From Fonticula alba ATCC 38817 (Eukaryota; Protista; Nucleariida): 6,072 nt of DNA. The position numbers and the translations under genes were made by a program. Numbering within the stretch: the stretch's first letter is position 1; every line of letters begins with the position of its first letter. Location: assembly GCA_000388065.2 (NCBI GenBank), contig KB932205.1; one strand, given 5' to 3'. This document shows, in pieces, positions 1 to 6,072 of the stretch. The notes beneath the pieces were generated by a model. It had not been told where the DNA came from. It saw only the letters and a list, made by a program, of their open reading frames with translations, and ran no database searches.

Positions 1-85
1 AGGGGCACCGAGATACATGTGGGGGAGGCCAAAAACACATCGAGAGGGAGGCGAGCATGCAGGAAGGCCAGCCAGAGGGGGGGTG

Positions 86-110
86 GTATTGTATTTTGGT
101 GTATTTGTCT
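86..110 (-). terminator. Possible 3'-end/polyadenylation signal region
   Basis: AT-rich patch in otherwise GC-rich DNA, with two AATACA hexamers on the minus strand (105-100, 95-90) about 155-170 nt after the stop. No canonical AATAAA. Confidence 0.3.
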
Positions 111-257
111 TTGTGCAAAATGCACAGGAGGGGTGTCTCTCCTTGGGGGTGGGGGATCCCTCTCTCGGGAACCGAACCATCCCGCTTGAGATGCATGACC
201 AAGAAAATGCCCCGTGGAGAAGGATCGACCATGGGCGGGGGAGCGGGAATGGCTTGA

Positions 258-969
258 TCAGGACCGCGCATTCGGGAGCATGGCCACCAGGTCGGCGACC
301 GATTGGCGAAGACTCGAAGCCGGAGGCCGAGTGTGGGCATCGTGCGCCCACAGCTGGGGCAGCAGATCGCGCAGGCGCTGGGCAAAGGCCGGGCTTGCCC
401 GGGCCACCGGGTCCGAAGCCGGGCTCATCTCCGGGCGCCGGCCGGCGGTGACACTTTCGAGGATCTGGTCAAAGGAGCAGCCCTCCCAGGGGAGGGCTCG
501 AGAGAGGCATTCCCAGAGCATGATGGCCGCAGCATACATGTCGGCCGGCATGTAGAGGGGCGCCTCGACCGAAGTCCGACGTGAGAAGGCGACTAGCACC
601 TCGGGGCCGGCATAGCGCGCACTCATGGCATTGAGCTCCGGCGCTTCGGCCATCAGGGCCGATGCGCGGTCGCCATTCAGGTTGCGGCTGGTCCCGAGAT
701 CCCCGAGCGCCGCCCGCCAGGAGCCGTCCGGCCTCTGGCTGACAAAGACATTGGCCGGCTTCAGGTCGCAATGGGCCACGCCGTTGGCGTGCATGGCCTC
801 CAGCCCGAGAACCCACTGTTGGACAAGGTCCAGTCGAGCATGCAGCGACAGGCCGACCTCCGAATGCAGCAACGTGCCGAGATCCGTGTCGAAGCGCTCC
901 ATGACGATGGCCGGCGGAGCTTCGCTATATCCATACAGCTGTGCGATGTTCTCGTGGTCGCGCAGGAGC
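258..969 (-). CDS. Exon 7 (712 nt): kinase subdomains IV-XI and stop
   Basis: HENIAQLYGY, AIVMERF hinge, HCDLKPAN (773-750), DLG (701-693), YAGPE (614-600), DMYAAAIMLWE, LPW, LWAHDAHTRP; acceptor GCCAG| at 970. Confidence 0.93.
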
Positions 970-1020
970 CTGGCGCCATGGAGCAGCGGGGGCCGGGGGC
1001 CGGGGGCCGGGGGCCGGGGG

Positions 1021-1052
<32 letters not shown>

Positions 1053-4000
1053 CGGGGGTGAGCAGGCAGTCGGCCATGGGCGAGAGGAAGGAAGAGGCCC
1101 CCCCCCAGTCGGGCATGGGCGACGCGTACCACATGAGGGCAATCTCATTTTGGAAGAGGGCCATGTGTCGGGGTTTGATCTTGGCGGCTGATGACGGCAT
1201 GTGAAAGGGGAAGGGGAGGGGCCAATCGGACCACGTCAGAGGCAGGTCATCTGGGGGATGTGCGAAGGGCAGGGGATGCGGTCCTCCTTGCCCTCGCCCG
1301 CGGGGGGTCGCCAGTACGGCGGCATGTGCTGTGCTCTTGTCCCCGCCACCGGTCCCTTGTCGCCACACAAGGACGCACCCTTCAGCTGCTTGATGGCAAC
1401 GGTGTCCGGGCAGCCAAGGCGCGTGGAGATACCGGCGCCGACCGCGCGAGCGACGAAGACGGTCGCTTGGGCGCCAGTCCCGAGGGTTTCATTGATGGGA
1501 ACAAAATCCGCGGCCAGGTTCACTTGGATGGCACCGGGCAGGGAGAGCTCTGCTCGAGGAGGCACAGGCGTGCATGGGGAGAAAGGACGGCGGCAAGGGT
1601 GGATGGTCAGCATTCGGGAAAGGCCTCCATCGAGAATGGGCCCGCGCGCAATCGGCCAAACCCCGGAGCTCAAGTGGCCAGGAGGAAAGGGAAAAAGACC
1701 CAGGGCCGCTTTTCGGCCGAGACGCACCAACAATCGTGTTGAGGACCGTGCAGTCTGGGACAAGGAGGGAGGGTCAGTCGGGGCGCCGCGAATGGGAAAG
1801 GCAAAAGCAAAGCGCATGAGGGTAAGCATGTCGTACCCTCATCCGACGAGGAGTACTTGGGTGGCAAGGAGCGGATGTTAGCCGGGGCCAAGGGCTTTTG
1901 CATGTCCGGAAGGAGTGAAACAGGGGATGGCAGGGGTCGGGGACGGGCGAAGGCGCAAAAGCCTGCCCAGGGAAGTCCCCGGCATCGGGCAACATACCGG
2001 ATCCTTCATGCTGTGGGTCTTGCGGGAGCGAAGCAGCAAGAAAAGCGCCAGGGCCAGGAGCAACAGCAGGAATAGCAGCCCCAGCCCAATGCCCAGGCCG
2101 AGGGCTGGGTCACCGAGGAGCATCGGGTGGCGGAGGGGCACACATCGGCAATGTCAGCACTCGGCAGCGGCGAAGCCAGGAGGCAGTGGGAAGAGGGGCG
2201 AGAAGGCCGGAAGGGGGGGGGGAGGGGGGGAGGGGGAAAGCAAAAAAGGCAGGAAGGACCGAACGAAATGCGGCCATACCGAGGCGGCGGTTGTTCGAAG
2301 ATCCACCCGAGCCCGGGCCAAAGCAGTCGCTCTTGTTCGGGCCGGTGCAAATGGGACAACTGGCGTGGCATACGCCGCAGACATGCGGCGAGGAGTCCCA
2401 ATCATCGAAGAAGCCGACCGGGCATTTGGAAACACACGATTGGCCGTCGAGGAGGAAGTAGCCCGGGGCGCAGTGCGTGCAGGAGTCGACGGTCGGGCAG
2501 TTCAGCTGACCGTCAGCGGCGAGGGTACACCGCGCGGTGTCGGGCCCGGCCGCGCATTGAAGGCAATGCTCCGGACAGGCGAGGCAGACGCGCTCGACGG
2601 GGGACTCGGCAAAGCGAAGCCCCGGGCAGATGGTCGAGCACTCGCCCGTGGTGGCACGCAGCCAGCGAGAGGAATTGGCGCAGGAGGTGCACTTGGCCGG
2701 GCGATCATGGCAGGTGCCGCAGCTGGCATCGCAGGAGGTGCACTTGGTCGGGGGGGCGGCTGCCTGCAAGTCGGGGAACTCCCCCGCCGGACAGGCAGCC
2801 ACACAGAGCTCGGTCGCGGCTGAGAGGAGGAAGCCCTCCTCGCAGCTGGTGCACCGGACGGCGCACGGGGCACTCGAGTCGAAGGTATGCACGCAGCCGG
2901 TGCAATCGGCCGGGCAGGCGACGCACATGTTCTCCGGAGTGCAGGCAAAGTACCGCGGCGAGCAGGTGCCCACACAGCGGCCCCCCTCCAGGAAATAGCC
3001 CTCCGGGCAGGCGGTGCAATCATCGGGCTGGGGCCCGTTGCATTGCCGGCACTCGCCGGAACACATCTGACATGAGGGGCCGGTGGCCGGGGCATCCTTC
3101 ACGTACTGGCCACTGGGGCAGGCTTCGATGCATGTTTGGTCCAGGCCAAGGAGCCTGTCCGAATGGCAGGCCGTACACATGTTGGGATTGGGCCCCGAGC
3201 AGCTGGCACACGTGTGGTGACAGGGAATGCACACATTGGCACTGGGGTAGGTGCCCTCCGGGCAGGTGGCATGGCAAACGCCATCCATCTGCATGGGGGA
3301 GCTTTCCTTGCAGGTGAGACAATGGTTGTCCCCGGTGCCGAAGCACGAGTCGCAGGAATGATGACACTCGGAGCAAACCCCCCCGACGGCCAGGGTGCCA
3401 GGCGGGCAGGAGTCCCGGCATTCGGCCTGGAAGAGCAGGGCCCCACGTTCGCACTGGGCACACTCGGCCGAGGAGCCGGGGCAGCTGGCACAACGGTCCC
3501 CGCACTTGGTGCACCCCCCGTCGAAGATCCCATGGCCAATGGGACAGGAGGACACGCAGCGCGAGGGAGACTCGCCGGCCGGGAAGCGCAGCAGCCCGCC
3601 CGGGCAGCCGATGCAATCCGTGCTCCGGACCCCGGTGCACATGCTGCAAGAGGCATGGCAGGCCATGCATCGGTCATCCAAGGCCACATGCCCGGGCAGG
3701 CATGCCTCGAGGCATTGGTCCCCTTGGAGCAGGGCATCGCGGCATCGCCAACAATCCCGCTCGCTTGGGCCACCACATGAGACACATGCCTCATGGCAGG
3801 GGCGACAGCTGGCGGTGGTCGAATCGCGATACTGGCCCTCGGGACAGCCGGAGGAGCAGGTCCCGATGGAATTGCCGGACACGACCAGGTCCAGGCCCTC
3901 GGCGCAGATGGTACAGTCGCTGGCACTCGGACCGGCGCACTCGGCGCAGGACACATCACACGGCTGGCACGATTCCACCGTCGGATAGTGTCCCGGCTGG

Positions 4001-6072
4001 CATGCGGCCGAGCAGTTGCCTTCGCGATCGAGGAATAGCCCGGTGGCACATTCCAGGCACTCGTTGTCCTGATTGCATGAAGTGCAGCCAGGCGGGCATT
4101 CGACACAGGTGCCGGTCTTGTTGTTGGCCGGCGCGGCCTCGGCCCACCGGTACCCGGTGGCACACACCTGACAAGCGCCTGCCCCGGGTCCAGCACACAT
4201 GGCACATGCCTCGGCGCAGGGGGTGCACCGGTCGGTGCCAATATACTCGCCCGGAGCGCAGGTGCTGCCGCACAGGGAGGCCACGCTGGGATCGGATTGG
4301 AGGAAGACCATGCCCGAGCGGCAGGTGGCACAGGCATCGGCCTGGGCGCACGTCCGGCAGGAGGAGTGGCACGTGAAGCAGGACCCGTCGTCGGCTTGGA
4401 AGTGCTCGGACTTGCACTTGTCACAAGCCCCGGCAGCGGAGCACTCCTCGCAGTTGGGCTCGCAGGCGATGCAAGCGCCCGCCTCCAGTCGGAAGCCCTT
4501 GGGGCACTCCTTCACGCAGTGCCCGGTCACATGGAGCACCTGGCCCGGGCGGCAGGCCGTACAGGCGCCGGCTTCGCCGGAGTGCTCGCATTCCGCGCAG
4601 GAGGAATGGCAATTGGAGCAGGCGGATCGCACCAAGTCGACCCAGGTACCCGGGGGACAGGTGGTCACGCATTTTTCCGAGTCCAGCAACAGGAGCCGCC
4701 CGGATGGGCAAGCGGTGCACCGGTCCGGCGCCCGGGCACAGGCGGCGCAATTTTCCGCACACTCGAAGCACACGCCCATGGTGGATTCCAGGAGGAAGCC
4801 CTCGGCACAGGAGCCACAGCGCGAAGCGTCGTCGCAGTGCGCACAGTTTCCCGAGCAGGGGGCGCACACTCCGGCCGGGCGATTGGGCCAAGTGCCGGCC
4901 GGACAGCTGTCCGTGCTGCATGTTCCATTTGGGCGCCAAAGGGCCATGGGGTTGGAGCAGGCCAGACAAGCGGTCGGGCTGTTGGGAGCCGAGCATTGCT
5001 GGCAGGATGCATGGCAGGGACCACACCGGTCGGCCGACGAGCCGGTGGTGTCCAGCGCCATGCCCGGGGGACAGGCCGTGCAAAGGAACTCATCGCCAGC
5101 CGGGGTGGCAAGACAAGCAGCACAATCGGCGTGGCAGCCACAGGCGCCATTGGCATCGGCATGCAGACCGGCCGGACATGCGGCCAGGCAGGTGAGCGGA
5201 TCAGAGGGAAGATAGTGGGCACAGCGAGGGGCGGTGCATTCGCCGGGGGCCGGCCCCGAGCATGCCAGGCAGTCTTCGCTGCATGGCAGGCACTCCGGGC
5301 CATAGGTGCCAAGCGGGCAGTCATCCGAAGACACCTGAAGCAGGAATGCCCCGGTCGAGGAGGATGGCGCCACGACAAGCAAGCTGGCTGCCAGGGGGGG
5401 ACCAGCGGGCGGGTGCTCCAAGGCCGGAAGCTGCGGCACGGACAGACCCCGGCTATTGGAGGACGCGGGCTCCGAGGCGGGGAGCTGGACCACCGACAGA
5501 GCCCGGTAATGGGTGGACATATTGGGGTCCGGGTAGGCGAGCACTCGCCGAGGCCCGGGCCTGCATGCAAGCCCCCGAGGGGGACAGTGAAGCAGCATGA
5601 TGCCGATGAAGTCCGGATGCAGGACGACCAGGGCGCTGGGATATTCCGGAAGTCCATGAAGTTGGATGGGGATCGCGTGGAAGGGGTCCTCATCGGCCGA
5701 GGGGGATGCGGTTGGCAGGGGAGCCAAAAGCTGCCCGGAGCCGGCGACGCGGCGTGTGCGGCCCTGTGCATCCAGGCCAAGAGGATAGGTGATGATGGCC
5801 CAGTTGGCTTGGCCGCCGGATCGCAGGATGCCCGTCAGGAAGGGGTCCGCTTGGGGCAGATGGGCCGGGCGTCGGGCCGGTCCAACCGCCAGTGACACTG
5901 GCTGCCAGAAGTTAGTTGCCTCGAGTTCCAAGAGACCAACAGTTCCAGAATCCTGGTCCGAAGAGTTGGGGGAGGAGTAGGCGGAAGAGGAGAAGGAGGA
6001 CGAGGATGAGGATGGAGACGAGGACGAGGACGAGGACGCGGATGAGGACGCGGATGGGGACGCGGATGAGGA
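258..6072 (-). CDS. 5'-partial, 7-exon receptor-like TKL Ser/Thr protein kinase with furin-like Cys-rich ectodomain; join of 6072-2280, 2104-1998, 1855-1837, 1754-1728, 1549-1379, 1187-1130, 969-258 (1628 aa visible)
   Basis: Exons sum to 4887 nt (divisible by 3) and give a continuous frame ending at TGA 260-258. Junctions read NNRRL/A-LGLGIG, MKDP/YSSSDE/D-CTVLNTIV/E-LSLPG, VAIKQLK/A-AKIKP and EIALM/W-LLRDHEN. All introns are GT-AG with a branch-like motif. The track's 'start' at 5931 is TTG, and the frame is open for 47 more codons to the window edge. Confidence 0.92.
970..1129 (-). other. Intron 6 (160 nt, phase 2)
   Basis: GTACGC ... GCTCAC (1063-1058) ... C30 and (GGCCCCC)n ... GCCAG; the split TG|G codon restores Trp and the frame. 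Confidence 0.88.
988..1058 (+). repeat. (GGGGGCC)x5 followed by a G30 homopolymer and CGGGGG, inside intron 6
   Basis: Heptamer units at 988-1022, G run 1023-1052, C, then G5 at 1054-1058; read directly. Confidence 0.9.
1130..1187 (-). CDS. Exon 6 (58 nt): kinase alphaC helix
   Basis: (A)AKIKPRHMALFQNEIALM(W), with the alphaC Glu at 1146-1144; CATCAG| acceptor at 1188, donor TG|GTACGC at 1130/1129. Confidence 0.88.
1188..1378 (-). other. Intron 5 (191 nt, phase 1)
   Basis: GTGCGT ... TCTGAC (1240-1235) ... pyrimidine tract ... CATCAG. Confidence 0.88.
1379..1549 (-). CDS. Exon 5 (171 nt): kinase subdomains I-II
   Basis: (E)LSLPGAIQVNLAADFVPINETLGTGAQATVFVARA...DTVAIKQLK. Gly-loop at 1484-1458, VAIK at 1400-1389; CAG| acceptor at 1550, donor G|GTGCGT at 1379/1378. 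Confidence 0.9.
1550..1727 (-). other. Intron 4 (178 nt, phase 1)
   Basis: GTGCGT ... GCTGAC (1611-1606) ... GAGCAG tandem acceptor. Confidence 0.8.
1728..1754 (-). CDS. Exon 4, 27-nt microexon ((D)CTVLNTIV+G)
   Basis: Branch ACTGAC 1778-1773, pyrimidine tract, CCCAG| acceptor at 1755, donor G|GTGCGT at 1728/1727. Confidence 0.75.
1755..1836 (-). other. Intron 3 (82 nt, phase 1)
   Basis: GTACGA ... ACTGAC ... CCTCCCTCCTTGTCCCAG. Confidence 0.77.
1837..1855 (-). CDS. Exon 3, 19-nt microexon (YSSSDE+G)
   Basis: First AG after branch motif GCTAAC (1882-1877) is CCAAG|; donor G|GTACGA at 1837/1836. A 3n+1 length is needed to link the phase-0 end of exon 2 to phase-1 exon 4. Confidence 0.75.
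1856..1997 (-). other. Intron 2 (142 nt, phase 0)
   Basis: GTATGT ... GCTAAC (1882-1877) ... CCAAG. Confidence 0.75.
1998..2104 (-). CDS. Exon 2 (107 nt): transmembrane helix and basic stop-transfer motif
   Basis: Acceptor CCCAG| at 2105, donor CCG|GTATGT at 1998/1997. Encodes (A)LGLGIGLGLLFLLLLLALALFLLL-RSRKTHSMKDP. Confidence 0.9.
2031..2104 (-). other. Transmembrane helix (type I topology)
   Basis: 25 uncharged hydrophobic residues followed by RSRK (positive-inside rule), lying between the Cys-rich and kinase domains. Confidence 0.93.
2105..2279 (-). other. Intron 1 (175 nt, phase 1)
   Basis: GTATGG ... long C/T tract ... GCTGAC (2158-2153) ... CCCAG; no other AG between branch motif and acceptor. 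Confidence 0.88.
2213..2236 (+). repeat. G-rich tract G10-A-G7-A-G5 in intron 1 (pyrimidine tract on the transcribed strand)
   Basis: Read directly from the sequence. Confidence 0.7.
2280..6072 (-). CDS. Exon 1 of those visible (5'-truncated): entire ectodomain
   Basis: Stop-free frame from 6072 to the donor CTC G|GTATGG at 2280/2279; corresponds to ORF 2110..5931 minus its intronic tail. Confidence 0.9.
2323..5319 (-). repeat. Protein-level array of ~21 furin-like (FU / growth-factor-receptor) Cys-rich repeats
   Basis: Recurring CxxxCxxC-x(4-12)-CxxC-xxG...C-xxx-CPxG-x-Y/F...C, e.g. CHHTCASCSGPNPNMCTAC and CDVSCAECAGPSASDCTIC. I count 20 units plus a truncated last unit (CHASCPICTGPNKSDC). 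Several N-x-S/T sequons are present (NGT, NKT, NCS, NSS, NKS). Confidence 0.92.
5956..6072 (-). repeat. Low-complexity poly-Ser linker encoded by short tandem repeats
   Basis: Reads SSSASPSASSSASSSSSSSPSSSSSFSSSAYSSPNSSD in the ectodomain frame. On + strand: (GGACGCGGATGR)x3 at 6034-6069 and GGACGA/GGATGA hexamers at 5998-6033. Confidence 0.85.

Noticed and set aside
112-126. Inverted repeat TGTGCA-AAA-TGCACA in the 3' region
   Set aside because: A 6-bp stem is expected by chance, and bacterial terminator logic does not apply to this eukaryotic locus.
988-1058. CRISPR array, telomeric repeat or mobile element interpretation of the repeats
   Set aside because: No spacer structure, no TTAGGG-type unit, and no transposase, terminal repeats or target-site duplications in the window.
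970-1148. Poly-Pro (minus strand) or poly-Gly (plus strand) N-termini in ORFs 258..1148, 925..1368 and 625..1191
   Set aside because: These are translations of the intron 6 G/C tract; splicing removes it and restores the kinase fold.
258-1549. Receptor tyrosine kinase (EGFR/insulin receptor-like) call
   Set aside because: The catalytic loop is LKPAN rather than LAARN/LRAAN, there is no tyrosine-kinase-type WxAPE motif, and no L-domains are visible in the window.
2323-5319. Furin/PCSK protease or Giardia VSP gene call
   Set aside because: No subtilase domain is visible, and the TM is followed by a kinase rather than a short tail such as CRGKA.
5749-5760. RTRR, a possible proprotein-convertase site in the ectodomain
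   Set aside because: It fits R-x-R-R, but P1' is Val (disfavoured) and Arg-rich motifs arise often in GC-rich genes. No further support.
1915-5895. Long plus-strand and alternate-frame ORFs (e.g. 4297..5895, 4199..5215, 2127..3317, 3099..4424, 4665..5780)
   Set aside because: They overlap the Cys-repeat exon, have Ala/Gly/Arg/Pro-rich composition without domain motifs, and are expected shadows of GC-rich coding DNA.
5929-5931. Start codon of the 1273-aa ORF
   Set aside because: It is TTG within a frame open to the window edge, and no signal peptide follows. The true start lies upstream of the window.
5995-6072. Acidic EDEDED-like peptide on the plus strand
   Set aside because: Antisense reading of the poly-Ser codons; no supporting ORF context.

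Overview
GC-rich eukaryotic genomic DNA holding one spliced gene on the minus strand, open at its 5' end. It encodes a single-pass receptor-like protein kinase: Ser-rich linker, ~200-aa Cys-poor region, ~21 furin-like Cys-rich repeats, a TM helix, a short juxtamembrane segment and a TKL-type Ser/Thr kinase domain. I assembled by hand 7 exons (6072-2280, 2104-1998, 1855-1837, 1754-1728, 1549-1379, 1187-1130, 969-258) and 6 GT-AG introns. The exons sum to 4887 nt, i.e. 1628 aa plus TGA, with no stop or frameshift, and include 19-nt and 27-nt microexons absent from the ORF track. The kinase is non-RD (HCDLKPAN, DLG). Splice signals look fungal-like (GTRYGN donors, CTRAC-like branch points), whereas furin-repeat receptor kinases are not typical of true fungi. 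My recollection is that this resembles the expanded TKL receptor family of Fonticula-like holomycotan amoebae, but that is unverified. All other ORFs in the track appear to be shadows.
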